From positions 14,474 to 78,473 of the forward strand of contig PNOJ01000001.1 of assembly GCA_013824755.1 (NCBI GenBank): a DNA stretch of 64,000 bases, read 5' to 3'. Every line of letters begins with the position of its first letter. Within the stretch, counting starts at the first letter, position 1. The notes under the pieces are model-generated. The model was given only the letters and a program-made list of their open reading frames with translations, had not been told where the DNA came from and searched no databases. Both the position numbers and the translations under genes were made by a program. Positions 46,263 to 57,248 of the stretch are shown piece by piece. Source of the stretch: Gemmatimonas sp. (GTDB taxonomy: Bacteria > Krumholzibacteriota > Krumholzibacteriia > LZORAL124-64-63).

Positions 46263-47383
46263 GGATCCTGGCCCTGAATTGGCGCGACGTCGGCGACCCC
46301 CTGGGGGGCGGCGCCGAGCTGCACCTGCACGAGATCCTCAAGGGGGCCGTGGCCGCGGGCCACGAGGTGGACCTGGTGACGTCCGGCTACCGCGGCGCGC
46401 CGCCGCAGGCGACGCTGGACGGCGTGTGCGTGCACCGCCGCGGCCACTGGGCCGTGGCCAACTTCGTGCTGCCGGGCGTCTGCCGCCGCCTGCTGCGCAC
46501 GGGCCGTTACGACCTGCTGGTCGAGGACATCAACAAGGTCCCGTTCTACTCCCCGCTGTTCGCCGGCCGCGTGCCCGTGCTCGCGGTCGTGCCGCACCTG
46601 TTCGGGGCCACGGTCTTCCGCGAGGCCAACCCCCTGGTGGCGTCCTACGTCTGGGCGGCGGAACGCCTGCTGCCGCTGGCCTACCGCGGCCGGGACTTCG
46701 AGGTCATCAGCCCCTCGACCCGCGACGACCTCGCGCGCCGCGGCCTGGACGCCGCGCGGATCCGCACCGTGTACTGCGGCAACGACGCGCGGCGCCTGGA
46801 GCTGCCCGCCCCGCCGCCGCGCGACGATCCCCCGCTGCTCGTCTCGTGGAGCCGCCTGCGCCGCTACAAGAGCGTGGACGTGGCGCTGCGCGCCTTCGCG
46901 CACGTGCGCCGCGCGGTGCCGGGTTCGCGGCTCGTCGTGATGGGCCGCGGACCGGACGAGGCCCGGCTGCGTCGCATGGCGGCTGGCCTGGGCCTCGGCG
47001 GGGATGTCGTGTTCGCCGGCTACCTGCCGGACGCGGAGCTGGCGGCGACCCTGCACCGGGCCCGCCTGTTCCTGAACCCCAGCCCCAAGGAGGGGTGGGG
47101 GCTGACCGTCATCGAAGCCGCCGCCTGCGGCCTGCCGACGATCGCGAGCGACCGTCCCGGGCTGCGCGACTCGGTGCGCGACGGCGAGACGGGCCTGCTG
47201 GTGCCCTACGGCGACGACCGGGCCATGGCCGCCGCCGCCGTCGCCCTGCTGCGCGACGAGGCGCGCTGGCGGACGATGAGCGCGGCCGCCCGCGCCTGGG
47301 CCGGCACCTTCAGCTGGGAGCGCTGCGTGCGCGAGTCCCTGGACGTCTTCGCGGACGTCGCGGCGCGGCGGGGTCGGCCGTGA
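46259..47383 (+). CDS. GT4 glycosyltransferase
   Basis: LNWRD...GGAE, PSPKEGWGLTVIEAAACG, DGETGLLV. Confidence 0.9.
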   Translation: MRILALNWRDVGDPLGGGAELHLHEILKGAVAAGHEVDLVTSGYRGAPPQATLDGVCVHRRGHWAVANFVLPGVCRRLLRTGRYDLLVEDINKVPFYSPLFAGRVPVLAVVPHLFGATVFREANPLVASYVWAAERLLPLAYRGRDFEVISPSTRDDLARRGLDAARIRTVYCGNDARRLELPAPPPRDDPPLLVSWSRLRRYKSVDVALRAFAHVRRAVPGSRLVVMGRGPDEARLRRMAAGLGLGGDVVFAGYLPDAELAATLHRARLFLNPSPKEGWGLTVIEAAACGLPTIASDRPGLRDSVRDGETGLLVPYGDDRAMAAAAVALLRDEARWRTMSAAARAWAGTFSWERCVRESLDVFADVAARRGRP

Positions 47384-48357
47384 GGCGCCCCCGGCAGACG
47401 ACGATCCTGAAGGCGGGGATCAGCCTCGCGCTGGTGGTGTTCCTGTTCGCCTACCGCCCCCTGTCCTGGTCGGCCCTGCGCACGGCCGTGGCGGCTCCGC
47501 ACTGGCCCTGGTTCGCCCTGTCGGGTTGCGTGTTCGCGCTGTCGGCGGTGTGCGGCGCGCTGCAGTGGGCCTGGATCCTGCGCTGTTCGGGGCTGAGGGT
47601 GACCGTCGGCGAGGCGGTCCGGCTGAGCTTCGTCGGGCTCTTCTTCAACAACTTCCTGCTGGGCAACGTGGGCGGCGACGCCTACAAGGTCGTCGACCTC
47701 GGCCGTCGCGAGGGGCGCACCGCCGCGGTGCTGGGGGCGACGCTGCTGGACCGGCTGCTGGGCCTGCTGGCGTTGACCGTGCTGGCCCTGCTGGCGGTCC
47801 CGACCGCGGCGGCGGCGGGCGTGCGCGTGCCGCCGACGCTGCCGCTGTGGCTGGCGCTCGCGGCCTGGTCGCTGGCGATCGCCGTCCTGTTCTCGCGCCG
47901 CGTCTCGGCGCTGGCGGTCCGCGCGCTGACGGCCGCGCGCTGGGGCCGGGCTGCCGACGGCCTCGGCACGATGTTGGCGGAGTTCAAGACCTACCGGGAG
48001 CGGCCCGTCTGGCTGGCCCGCTTGCTCGCCTGGTCCCTGTTCGTGCAGGCCATGCGCGTGTCGACCCACCTGCTGGTGGCGCTCGGCCTGGGCCTCGCCC
48101 TGGACGCGGGCCGTGTCCTGCAGCTGTTCGTGCTGGTCCCCCTGCTGGGCATCCTGGTTTCGCTGCCGGTGAGCATCAACGGGCTGGGCGTGCGCGAGCT
48201 GGCCGCCGCGGAGCTGTTCGTGGCCGCCGGCGTGGTGCCGACCGAGGCCGACGCGGTGGCCATGGAGTTCCTGGCCTACGCGCTGATGGTCGCGGTCAGT
48301 CTGGCGGGCGGCGCGCTCTTCCTGGCCGGTCCGCGACGCCGCCGCGGCGCCGCCTGA
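47380..48357 (+). CDS. UPF0104 / lysylphosphatidylglycerol-synthase-TM flippase-like protein
   Basis: FFNNFL.GNVGGD, DRLLGL, LPVSINGLGVRE. Confidence 0.88.
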   Translation: MRRPRQTTILKAGISLALVVFLFAYRPLSWSALRTAVAAPHWPWFALSGCVFALSAVCGALQWAWILRCSGLRVTVGEAVRLSFVGLFFNNFLLGNVGGDAYKVVDLGRREGRTAAVLGATLLDRLLGLLALTVLALLAVPTAAAAGVRVPPTLPLWLALAAWSLAIAVLFSRRVSALAVRALTAARWGRAADGLGTMLAEFKTYRERPVWLARLLAWSLFVQAMRVSTHLLVALGLGLALDAGRVLQLFVLVPLLGILVSLPVSINGLGVRELAAAELFVAAGVVPTEADAVAMEFLAYALMVAVSLAGGALFLAGPRRRRGAA

Positions 48358-48466
48358 ACGCCGCCGCGGCGGGCGGGGAACCCCGGTCGCCGCGGGGTTG
48401 TTGCCCCCCGGACCGTGTGCTAGATTGGCGAGTCGTCCGCGCCGGAACCCGAATCCGAGGAATCCC

Positions 48467-51016
48467 ATGCTGGCACCCGACTGGTACCGCCGCCCGACGT
48501 TCCTGATCGCGGCGGGCGTCTTCGTCCTCGCGACGATCGTCTACTGCCTGACGCTGTCGCCGACGCTGAGCTTCTGGGACTGCGGCGAGTACATCACCAC
48601 CGCGCACACCATGGGCGTCCCGCACCAGCCGGGCACGCCGCTCTACGTGCTGGTCGGCCGCTTCTTCGACATCCTGCTCGCGCCGCTGGCCGGCACCGCG
48701 GCGGCGGTCAACTTCATGTCGGCGTTCTTCAGCGCCCTGGCCCTGGTCTTCGTCTACCTCACGATCCAGGAGATCGCCCGGCGCGCCGATCCCGACAGCG
48801 GGTGGCTCCCCCACGCCGGGGGCGTGGTGGGCGCGCTGTTCCTGCTGTTCAGCGAGACCTACTGGAGCAACGCGATCGAGGCCGAGGTGTACGGGCTGGC
48901 GGCCTTCGTCGTCGCCTTCCTGACCTGGCTGGGGCTGAAGTGGTACGACCTGCGGGCCGAACCGCACAGCGACCGCCTGCTCTACCTCGTCATCTACCTG
49001 CTGGGCCTGGGGGTCGGCTTCCACCTGGGCACGCTGCTGGTCTTCCCGGGCATCTTCCTGCTGATCCTGCTGGCGGGCGGGCGCAAGCTCGCCCTGGCGG
49101 ACCTGCTGGGCGTCAGCGTCGGTCTCGGCCTGTTCCTGCTCTCGACCATGGTCAAGGACGACTTCGTGATCGTCGGCGGCCTGGTCCTGCTGCTGATCTA
49201 CGCGCTGTCGCGCGCCTTCGGCGGCAAGCCCTTCATCCTGATCGGCTGCGGCGTGTTCCTGCTCGGCCTGAGCGTCCACCTGATCCTGCTGATCCGCGCC
49301 GGACTCGACCCGGCGCTCAACAACACGCAGCCCGACAACTTCCAGACCCTGATGTCGGTGCTGCGGCGCGAGCAGTACCCGCCCATCGACCCGCTGGTGC
49401 GCAAGGCCGACCTCTGGTGGCAGATCCGCTACTACTACGGCTTCCTGCTGGACCAGTTCAGCTTCCTGGACCTCGGCTCGCTCCGCCCGACGCGCCTGCT
49501 GACGATCCTGGTGCCGGTGTTCCTGGGCCTGCTCGGGGCGATCCACGGCTTCTTCCGCGCCCGCCCCTGGTACTGGATGCTGCTGGTGAACTACGTGATC
49601 AACGCCGACATCCTGAACCTCTACCTCAACTTCTCGGACAACGAGGTCCGCGAGCGCGACTACTTCTTCTCCACCGCCTTCATGTTCTTCGCCCTGTTCA
49701 TCGGCCTGGGCGCCGCGGCGCTGCTGCGCTACCTCTCGGGGCCGCTCGCGGCGCGCGGCGCCCGCCTCGCCAAGCCGGCCAGGATCGGCCGGGCGGCGGC
49801 GGGGACGGCGGCGGCGCTGATCCTGGTCGCGGCCCTGCCTGCGCTCGCCCCCGGCAGCGCGAAGTGGTACCGCCACGACCGCACGCAGAACCGCACGGCG
49901 CACGAGTACGCCTGGAACCTCCTGTCGGGCCTGGATCCCGGCGCCATCGTCTTCACCAACGGGGACAACGACACCTACCCGCTGTGGTACCTGCAGGAGG
50001 TGGAGGGCTTCCGGCGCGACGTGACCGTGGTCAACCTGGCGCTGATCAACCTGCCCTGGTACGTCAAGCAGATGAAGCGGCGCTCCCCGCCGATGCCCGT
50101 CTCCTACGACGACACGCAGCTGGAGCAGCTGCGCCCCGTGCTGTACCAGGACCCCGACACCGGGAAGCAGGAGGTCGTGTACGTGCGCGACTACATCGTG
50201 CACGACATCATCCAGAACCGCGGCCAGCGCCCGGTCTTCTTCGCGGTGACGATCCCCCAGGAGAACATGGCCCGCTACTTCACCATGCTCCAGATGGAGG
50301 GGCTGGCCTACCGCTTCACCGGCGTCAAGGGGCCGGACGGCATGCCCACGGTCGACAGCGACCGCCTGCTGGCGAACTGCTACGGGGTCTACGACTTCAG
50401 CGCCACCCTGGACGGCGATTCCGAGCGCCGCCGGTCCGAGTTCCGCACCCTGAACAACCTGCCGCAGAACCCGAGCCCCGAGGGCGAGGTCCGCGAGCTC
50501 CTGGGCGAGCGGGACTGGCGGTTCGAGGGGTTGTGGCGGTACAACGGTCGCCACCGCGAGGATGTCCACTTCGACCGCAACGCCGAGAACCTGCTGGGCA
50601 ACTACCCGGCGGGCCTGATCCGCGCCGGCTACGACTTCATCATGCGGGCGCAGGCGCCCGACGCCACCGACGCCGTCTACGACGAGATGATCGCCAAGGC
50701 GGAGACCGCGTTCGAGCTGGCCAGCAGCTTCGACCCCACGTTCCCGATGGTGACCGACATCTACCCCATGGTGCTGGTCGAGCGCGGGCGGGCCCGGGAC
50801 GCGGCGGCCCACGTGCAGCGCCTCCACGGGGCGATCCCGCCCCGGGACGAGCAGGCCCTGATCCCGCAGCTGGTCCAGGCCATGGTGCAGCGGGGAGAGG
50901 ACGCCGTGGCGGTCGCCTGGATGCAGGAGCGCCTGCGCGACGATCCCCAAGACGCCGTGGCGCGCCAGCAGCTCGACGCCCTGCTCGCCGCGGGCGCCGC
51001 GGGGAGCGCCCCATGA
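48467..51016 (+). CDS. DUF2723 / TMEM260-like GT-C membrane glycosyltransferase
   Basis: SFWDCGEYI, GVPHQPGTPLY, EAEVY, RERDYFF, FTNGDNDTYPLWYLQEVEG; many TM helices; helical C-terminus. Confidence 0.88.
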   Translation: MLAPDWYRRPTFLIAAGVFVLATIVYCLTLSPTLSFWDCGEYITTAHTMGVPHQPGTPLYVLVGRFFDILLAPLAGTAAAVNFMSAFFSALALVFVYLTIQEIARRADPDSGWLPHAGGVVGALFLLFSETYWSNAIEAEVYGLAAFVVAFLTWLGLKWYDLRAEPHSDRLLYLVIYLLGLGVGFHLGTLLVFPGIFLLILLAGGRKLALADLLGVSVGLGLFLLSTMVKDDFVIVGGLVLLLIYALSRAFGGKPFILIGCGVFLLGLSVHLILLIRAGLDPALNNTQPDNFQTLMSVLRREQYPPIDPLVRKADLWWQIRYYYGFLLDQFSFLDLGSLRPTRLLTILVPVFLGLLGAIHGFFRARPWYWMLLVNYVINADILNLYLNFSDNEVRERDYFFSTAFMFFALFIGLGAAALLRYLSGPLAARGARLAKPARIGRAAAGTAAALILVAALPALAPGSAKWYRHDRTQNRTAHEYAWNLLSGLDPGAIVFTNGDNDTYPLWYLQEVEGFRRDVTVVNLALINLPWYVKQMKRRSPPMPVSYDDTQLEQLRPVLYQDPDTGKQEVVYVRDYIVHDIIQNRGQRPVFFAVTIPQENMARYFTMLQMEGLAYRFTGVKGPDGMPTVDSDRLLANCYGVYDFSATLDGDSERRRSEFRTLNNLPQNPSPEGEVRELLGERDWRFEGLWRYNGRHREDVHFDRNAENLLGNYPAGLIRAGYDFIMRAQAPDATDAVYDEMIAKAETAFELASSFDPTFPMVTDIYPMVLVERGRARDAAAHVQRLHGAIPPRDEQALIPQLVQAMVQRGEDAVAVAWMQERLRDDPQDAVARQQLDALLAAGAAGSAP

Positions 51017-52010
51017 CCGCCCTGGCGGCCGGGGCGCGCGTCGTGGTCACCGGCTGCGCCGGGTTCATCGGCAGCCACCTCGCCGAGGCCCTGCTGGACC
51101 GGGGCTGCGAGGTCGTCGGCATCGACGCGCTGACCGACTACTACGACCCGGCGCTCAAGCGCGAGAACCTGGCGCCGCTGCTGGGCCGGCCCGGCTTCGT
51201 CTTCCACCACGCCGATCTGAACGACGTCGACGCGGTTGCGCTGCTCGCCGGCAGCCGCGCCGTGTTCCACCTCGCCGCCCAGGCCGGCGTGCGCGCCAGC
51301 TGGGGGCACCTGTTCGGCGACTACCTGGCGTGCAACCTGGCCGCCACCCAGCGCCTGCTGGAAGCCTGCCGCGACCCGCGGGTGGCGCCGGGGCTCGTCC
51401 GGTTCGTCTACTCCAGCTCCAGCTCGGTGTACGGCGACCGCCTCGACCTGCCGGTGACCGAGCGCGCGCTGCCGCAGCCCTTCTCGCCGTACGGCGTGAC
51501 CAAGCTGGCGGCCGAGCACCTCTGCGTGCTCTACGGCGCCAACCACGGCGTGCCCACCACGTCCCTGCGCTACTTCACGGTCTACGGGCCGCGCCAGCGG
51601 CCCGACATGGCCTTCCGCAAGTTCCTCGAGGCGGCCTTCGACGGGAAGCCCTGGATCGTCTTCGGCGACGGTTCGCAGACGCGGGATTTCACCTACGTGT
51701 CCGACGCGGTGGACGCGAACCTGCGCGCGGTCGAGGCGCCCGGAACGTGGGCGGTGTACAACGTCGGCGGCGGCGCGCGCGTCCCGCTGGCCGCGGCCCT
51801 GGCGGCCATGCGCGACCTGCTGCGCGAGGCGGCGCCCGAGGTCCGCGTCGGGTCGAGCACGTGCCGGTCGAGAAGGGCGACGTGCGCGACACCTGGGCCG
51901 ATCCCGGCCTCATCCGTGACGAGATCGGCTACGTCGCGCGGGTCCCGTTCGGCGAGGGACTGCGCCGCGAGGTGCTCTGGGTCGCCGCGCGCAGGAGGGG
52001 ACATGCCTGA
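51013..52010 (+). CDS. NAD-dependent nucleotide-sugar epimerase, UDP-glucuronate 4-epimerase-like (apparent frameshift about 51850)
   Basis: GCAGFIG, HLAAQAGVR, SSSSVYG, YGVTK, RPDMA; C-terminus GDVRDTWAD lies in another frame. Confidence 0.88.
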
Positions 52011-52938
52011 CGTCCGGCCCGACCTCTCGGTGGTGGTGCCAGCGCTGAACGAGGCGGCCTCGCTGCCCGAGCTGACGGCGCGCATCGCGGCCGCGGCGGC
52101 CGCGGCGGGACTGTCGCACGAGGTGTGGATCATCGACGACGGCAGCACCGACGACACGCCCGCCGTGCTCGAGCGGCTCCACGCCGCCGACGCCCGCGTC
52201 CGCGGTCTGGAGTTCACGCGCAACCACGGCAAGGCCGCCGCCCTGGCCGCCGGTTTCGCGGCCGCCGCGGGGCGCTACGTGATCACCATGGACGCCGACC
52301 TGCAGGACGACCCCGACGAGATCCCGCACCTCGTGGCGAAGCTGGAGGAGGGCTTCGACCTCGTCTCCGGCTGGAAGCAGGACCGCAAGGACGGCTTCGT
52401 CAAGAACACCACGTCGCGGTTCTTCAACGAGGTCACCAGCCGCGCCGTGGGGTTGCGGCTGCACGACTACAACTGCGGGCTGAAGGCCTACCGCCGCGAG
52501 GTCGTCGAGGCGGTGCGCCTCTACGGCGAGATGCACCGCTACATCCCGGCGCAGGCCTACCGCGAGGGGTTCCGGGTGACCGAGATCCCCGTGCGCCACC
52601 ACCGCCGCCGCCACGGCGTCACCAAGTACGGTCCGGCCCGCTTCCTCAACGGCTTCCTGGACCTGCTGACCCTGATGTTCCTCAGCTCGCGCTCCGCCTC
52701 GCCCCTGCACCTGTTCGGGCGCATCGGCGCGGCCAGCTTCGCGGTCGGCGGCGCGATCCTGGCCTGGTTCGTCGTGCAGTGGGCGCTGGGTCACGGCTTG
52801 CGGGTGCGGCCGCTGATGCTGCTGGGCGCCGGTCTGGTCATCGTCGCCGTCCAGTTCGTCAGCCTCGGCCTGATCGCCGAGCTGGTGGTGGCGGGCAACC
52901 ATCCCGAGACGGGGTACCGTGTCCGCCGCCGCCACTGA
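52003..52938 (+). CDS. GT2 polyprenol-phosphate glycosyltransferase (ArnC/GtrB-like)
   Basis: VVPALNE, DDGSTD, MDADLQDDP, DYNCGLKAYR, GEMHRYIP; two C-terminal TM helices. Confidence 0.9.
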   Translation: MPDVRPDLSVVVPALNEAASLPELTARIAAAAAAAGLSHEVWIIDDGSTDDTPAVLERLHAADARVRGLEFTRNHGKAAALAAGFAAAAGRYVITMDADLQDDPDEIPHLVAKLEEGFDLVSGWKQDRKDGFVKNTTSRFFNEVTSRAVGLRLHDYNCGLKAYRREVVEAVRLYGEMHRYIPAQAYREGFRVTEIPVRHHRRRHGVTKYGPARFLNGFLDLLTLMFLSSRSASPLHLFGRIGAASFAVGGAILAWFVVQWALGHGLRVRPLMLLGAGLVIVAVQFVSLGLIAELVVAGNHPETGYRVRRRH

Positions 52939-53893
52939 CGCCCCTGGGTCAGACGGGAGGTCCGGGACGACCGGGACGCCGCCGCCGTCCCTGGCCGTGG
53001 TCGTCGTCAACTGGAACGGGCGCGACCACCTGCCCGAGTGCATCGGCTCCCTGCTCGCCGACGGCTACGACCCCCTGCGCATCGTCGTCGTCGACAACGC
53101 GTCGGACGACGACTCGGTCCGGTTCTGCCGCGACGCCTTCCCCTCGGTCGAACTCGTCATCGCGGACCGCAACCGCTACTGGGCGGGCGGCAACAACCTC
53201 GGGCTGCGGCACCTGCGCGCGACCGGGGGCGCGGATCACACGCTGCTGCTGAACAACGACACCATCGTGCCGCAAGGGAGCCTCGCCCGTCTGGTGGAGG
53301 CGATCGCCCGCGAGCCGGGCGCCTGGGCGGCGACGCCGCGCATCTGCTTCGCGGACGAGCCCTGGCGCATCTGGTACGACGGCGGGCGGGTCGGGCGCTT
53401 TTCGGGCTGGGTGGGGCACCAGGGCATCCGGCAGGCCGCCGGGCGCCGTGCGCTCGACGAGCGGTTCGTGGAGTACGGCACGGGGTGCGCGCTGCTGCTG
53501 TCGCGCCGGGCCCTCGAAACGGTGCCGGAACTGGACGAGGCCTACACCTTCTACGGCGAGGACACCGACTACTGCCTGCGCCTGCGGGCGGCGGGCGGCC
53601 GCATCCTGCACGTCCCGCGCTCGTTGATCCTGCACAAGGTGAGCGCATCGGTCGGCGCGTGGTCGCCGCGCAAGGCCTACCTGCGCAGCCGCAGCCACGT
53701 CCGCCTGCTGGGGCGCCACTGGCGGGGGGCGGCGCGCGCGGCGCTCTGGCCGTGCCAGGTGGCGTACTTCGCCGGGCACGCGGCCTGGCACCTGTGGCAG
53801 GGGAGGCCCGCCGTCGCGCGCGCCGTCCTGGCGGGCGCCCTGGACGAACTGGCGGGGCGGCCCGCGGAACCCCCTGTCGCTCCTCGGGTTTGA
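52919..53893 (+). CDS. GT2 glycosyltransferase
   Basis: VVVNWNG, VDNAS, LLNNDT, YGEDTDYCLR. Confidence 0.9.
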   Translation: MSAAATDAPGSDGRSGTTGTPPPSLAVVVVNWNGRDHLPECIGSLLADGYDPLRIVVVDNASDDDSVRFCRDAFPSVELVIADRNRYWAGGNNLGLRHLRATGGADHTLLLNNDTIVPQGSLARLVEAIAREPGAWAATPRICFADEPWRIWYDGGRVGRFSGWVGHQGIRQAAGRRALDERFVEYGTGCALLLSRRALETVPELDEAYTFYGEDTDYCLRLRAAGGRILHVPRSLILHKVSASVGAWSPRKAYLRSRSHVRLLGRHWRGAARAALWPCQVAYFAGHAAWHLWQGRPAVARAVLAGALDELAGRPAEPPVAPRV

Positions 53894-53983
53894 CCGTCTC
53901 TCGGGAGTGGACGCCCGCGGCCGCCGGATGATATCCTCGGCCGGCTGGAAGCCGCGGCCACGCCGCATCCGAAAGGGAATCAC

Positions 53984-56500
53984 GTGCGCGTCAACCACGA
54001 CCGTCCCGGCGCCGGGACCGGCCCGCGTCGTCGCCTGCTGCATGCCGGCGGGATCGCCCTGGCCCTGCTGGTCCTGCTGGGGCTCGTCTACCCCGAAGCG
54101 CTGCTGCAGGGCCGGGTGTTCGGCAGCAGCGACGCCGAGAACGCCGCGCTGTTCACCATCGTCGGCGACGCTTCGCTCGCCCGCGGCGTCTACCCGCAGT
54201 GGAACCCCTACCTGTTCGCCGGGATGCCGACCTTCGGCTCGGTGTCCTACACCCGCTTCGTCTACCCGCCCGGGGAAGTGCTGACCTTCCTGCAGGACCG
54301 CCTCGGTTTTCCGCCGCTGACCTGGATGCTGGCGCACCTGCTGTTGGGCGGCGCCGGGATGGTCTGGCTGCTGGATCGCTGGCGATTGCCGCTGCCGACG
54401 CGGCTGCTGGGGGCGGCCGTGTGGCTCTTGCAGCCCAACGTCGTGGCCTGGGGCGTGCACGGCCACGGCAGCAAGCTGGTGACGGCCATGTACCTGCCCT
54501 GGGTCGTGGGCGCCTGCCTGGACCTGCTGGAGGGGAAGGGCCGCCGACGCGCCGCGCTGCTCGCGCTGGCCGTCGGGTTGCAGGTGCTGCGCGGGCACCC
54601 CCAGATCCTCTACTACACGTTGCTGTGCGTGGGCGTCCTGCTGCTGGGCAAATGGATCGCCGTGCTGGCGGCCCGCCGCCGCCGCGCCGCCGGCGCGCAG
54701 CTCTGGCCCTGGCGGCCGACCGCCGCGATCGGCGCCGCCCTCGCGACGGCGTTCCTGATCGGCGCCGTCCAGCTGCTGCCGGTGCGCGATTACGCCGGCT
54801 GGTCGGTGCGCGGGTCCGCCGAGGGCGGGGGCGCCAGCTACGAGTACGCCACCGGCTGGAGCCTGCACCCGCGGGAGTTCCCGACCCTGGTCCAACCCGC
54901 GGCTGCCGGTTTCGGGCTGGGCACCTACCAGGGCTTCATGCCGTTCACGGACTACCCCAACTACTTCGGCTGGCTGCTGCTGACGCTGGCGGCGCTCGGC
55001 GCCTGGACCGTCCCGCGCTGGCCCCAACGCGCGCTGGCGGCGATCGTGGTGCTGTCGCTGCTGGTCGCCTGCGGGCGCTTCTTCCCGGTGCTGTACGGCC
55101 CGCTCTACCACCTGCTGCCGTACTTCAACAAGTTCCGCATCCCGGTGATGATCCTGGCGGTGACGGGGTTCGCGCTGGCGGTCCTGGCGGCGCACGGCCT
55201 GGCCGCCCTGCACGGCGCCGCCGCCGGCGCTCGCGCGCCGCGCCGTCTGGCCTGGGTCTGGCTGGGGCTCGGCGCCGCCTCGCTCCTGGGCGCGCTGGGG
55301 CCGGGCAAGGGCCTGCACGCCTCGCAGCTCGCGAGCCTGGCCGCCGCGGTGGGCCGCAGCGCACCCGCGCCGGAGGTGCTGGCCGCGGCTTGGAGCCTGC
55401 AGCAGGTCGACCTGCTGCGCATCGGCCTGCTGCTCGTCGCCGCCGGCGCCGCCACCGTGTTCGCGACGCGTCGGACGCCCGCCCGGCGCGCCTGGCTGCC
55501 CTGGCTCCTGCTGGCGCTCGTGGCGGTGGACCTGCTCGGCGTGGCGGGGCGGATCACCCATCCCGAGCGCGGGATGCATCAACTCGCCCGCGGGGCCGAC
55601 GGCGGCGCGTCCCTGGTACCGGCCGGCGATCTCGTCCGACAGGCCGCGCCGCGCGCGACGTTCCGCGCGGACCCCTTCCTGGTCGAGGTGGCGCAGTTCG
55701 TCGGCCACGAGCGGGTCTGGCCGCTCGGCTCCCTGGCGCAGCACAACGGCGGGATGCCGGCGGGCCTGCGTTCCCTGGGCGGGTACCACCCGGCGAAGCT
55801 GGCCGCCGCCGAGGCCGTGCGGGAGCGGATCCTGAATCCGTCGCGCCCCGCCGGCCGCATCGCCGCCTGGCTCGGCGGGGGCTACCTGATGCTCGACGGG
55901 CTCCTGCCGCCGCAGGCCGTGCCGGCGCTGGCGGAACTGGGCGCCGAACTCGAGGCGAGCCCCGTGATGTCCGGCGAGTCCACGCTCTACCGCAACCTCA
56001 GCGCGCTGCCGCGCGCCCGCCTGGTGGGCGAGTGGGCGCCGGTCTCCGGCGACCTGGCCGGGTTCCTGGACCGCCTGCAGGCCGGCCGCGAACCCGTCGC
56101 GCGCCGCGTGCTGCTGGATCGCGCGCCGTCGCCCGCGCCGGCGGCCGCCGCGCAGCCGCTGCCGGCGGTCGCGTACGTGCGCGACGACCTGAACGAGGTG
56201 GTGCTGCGGGCCGCGCCGCCCGCGCCGGCGGTGCTCGTGCTGGCCGACCTGTGGATGCCCGGCTGGTCGGTGACCGTCGACGGGACGCCGGCGCCGCTGC
56301 TCGTCGCCGACCACATGCTGCGGGCGGTCGCCCTGCCGGCCGGCGAGCACGAGATCCGTTTCGTCTACCGGGATCCGTTCTTGCGTCGCGGCCTCGCGTT
56401 GACGGTCTGCGGCGTGGTCCTGCTCCTGGTCCTGGCGTTCGCCGGTGCGGTGCCCGCGCTGCGGCGCCGTTTCGCGGGCGGGACCGCAGGCGAGGTTTGA
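53984..56500 (+). CDS. YfhO-family GT-C membrane protein
   Basis: PQWNPYLFAGMP, GHPQILYY, NKFRIP, PGWSVTVDG, LRAVALPAGEHEI. Confidence 0.88.
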   Translation: MRVNHDRPGAGTGPRRRLLHAGGIALALLVLLGLVYPEALLQGRVFGSSDAENAALFTIVGDASLARGVYPQWNPYLFAGMPTFGSVSYTRFVYPPGEVLTFLQDRLGFPPLTWMLAHLLLGGAGMVWLLDRWRLPLPTRLLGAAVWLLQPNVVAWGVHGHGSKLVTAMYLPWVVGACLDLLEGKGRRRAALLALAVGLQVLRGHPQILYYTLLCVGVLLLGKWIAVLAARRRRAAGAQLWPWRPTAAIGAALATAFLIGAVQLLPVRDYAGWSVRGSAEGGGASYEYATGWSLHPREFPTLVQPAAAGFGLGTYQGFMPFTDYPNYFGWLLLTLAALGAWTVPRWPQRALAAIVVLSLLVACGRFFPVLYGPLYHLLPYFNKFRIPVMILAVTGFALAVLAAHGLAALHGAAAGARAPRRLAWVWLGLGAASLLGALGPGKGLHASQLASLAAAVGRSAPAPEVLAAAWSLQQVDLLRIGLLLVAAGAATVFATRRTPARRAWLPWLLLALVAVDLLGVAGRITHPERGMHQLARGADGGASLVPAGDLVRQAAPRATFRADPFLVEVAQFVGHERVWPLGSLAQHNGGMPAGLRSLGGYHPAKLAAAEAVRERILNPSRPAGRIAAWLGGGYLMLDGLLPPQAVPALAELGAELEASPVMSGESTLYRNLSALPRARLVGEWAPVSGDLAGFLDRLQAGREPVARRVLLDRAPSPAPAAAAQPLPAVAYVRDDLNEVVLRAAPPAPAVLVLADLWMPGWSVTVDGTPAPLLVADHMLRAVALPAGEHEIRFVYRDPFLRRGLALTVCGVVLLLVLAFAGAVPALRRRFAGGTAGEV

Positions 56501-56519
56501 TGAGCAGCGAGGTGGCGTC

Positions 56520-57248
56520 GTGAAGTGCGTGGTCGTGATCCCGACCTACAACGAGGCCGATAACATCGGCCGCATCGTGCCGGCGGTCCTGGCCAGGGAT
56601 CCCGGCCTCTCGGTCCTGGTCGTCGACGACAACTCGCCGGACGGGACCGCGGCCGTGGTCAAGGCCCTGCCCGACTACGGCGGGCGCGTCCGCATGCTCG
56701 AGCGGCCGGGCAAGGCGGGGCTGGGCGCGGCCTACATCGCCGGCTTCCAGTGGGTCCTGGCCAACACCGACGCCGAGGCCGTCTTCGAGATGGATGCCGA
56801 CTTCAGCCACGACCCCGCGGCCATCGACACCTTCCTGCAGGAGATCCGGGACCACGACGTCGTGCTCGGCAGCCGCTACCTCTACGGCATCACGGTCGTC
56901 AACTGGCCGCTGCGCCGGGTGATCCTGAGCGTCGGCGCGAACATCTACGCCCGCCGGGTCACGGGCATGCCCATCAAGGACTCCACGGGCGGCTTCAAGT
57001 GCTTCCGGCGGGAGGTGCTCGCGGCCCTGCCGCTGGCGAGCATCAAGAGCGACGGCTACTCCTTCCAGATCGAGATGAACTACCACTGCTGGCGGCGGCG
57101 CTTCCGCATCAAGGAGATCCCGATCATGTTCGTCGACCGCCAGGTCGGCGTCTCGAAGATGTCCAAACGGATCGTCTGGGAAGCGATGTGGATGGTCTGG
57201 GCCCTGCGGCTGCGGCGCGAACCGCGCGGCCCCGGAGGAGCGGCTTGA
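56520..57248 (+). CDS. Polyprenol monophosphomannose synthase (Ppm1/Dpm1-like)
   Basis: IPTYNEA.NI, DDNSPDGT, MDADFSHDP, GYSFQIE, FVDRQVGVSKMS. Confidence 0.92.
   Translation: MKCVVVIPTYNEADNIGRIVPAVLARDPGLSVLVVDDNSPDGTAAVVKALPDYGGRVRMLERPGKAGLGAAYIAGFQWVLANTDAEAVFEMDADFSHDPAAIDTFLQEIRDHDVVLGSRYLYGITVVNWPLRRVILSVGANIYARRVTGMPIKDSTGGFKCFRREVLAALPLASIKSDGYSFQIEMNYHCWRRRFRIKEIPIMFVDRQVGVSKMSKRIVWEAMWMVWALRLRREPRGPGGAA

Noticed and set aside
48802..52938. 1378-aa ORF suggesting an epimerase-GT2 fusion
   Set aside because: The epimerase C-terminus continues in another frame to 52010 and the GT2 has its own RBS and ATG at 52003; the fusion results from a frameshift
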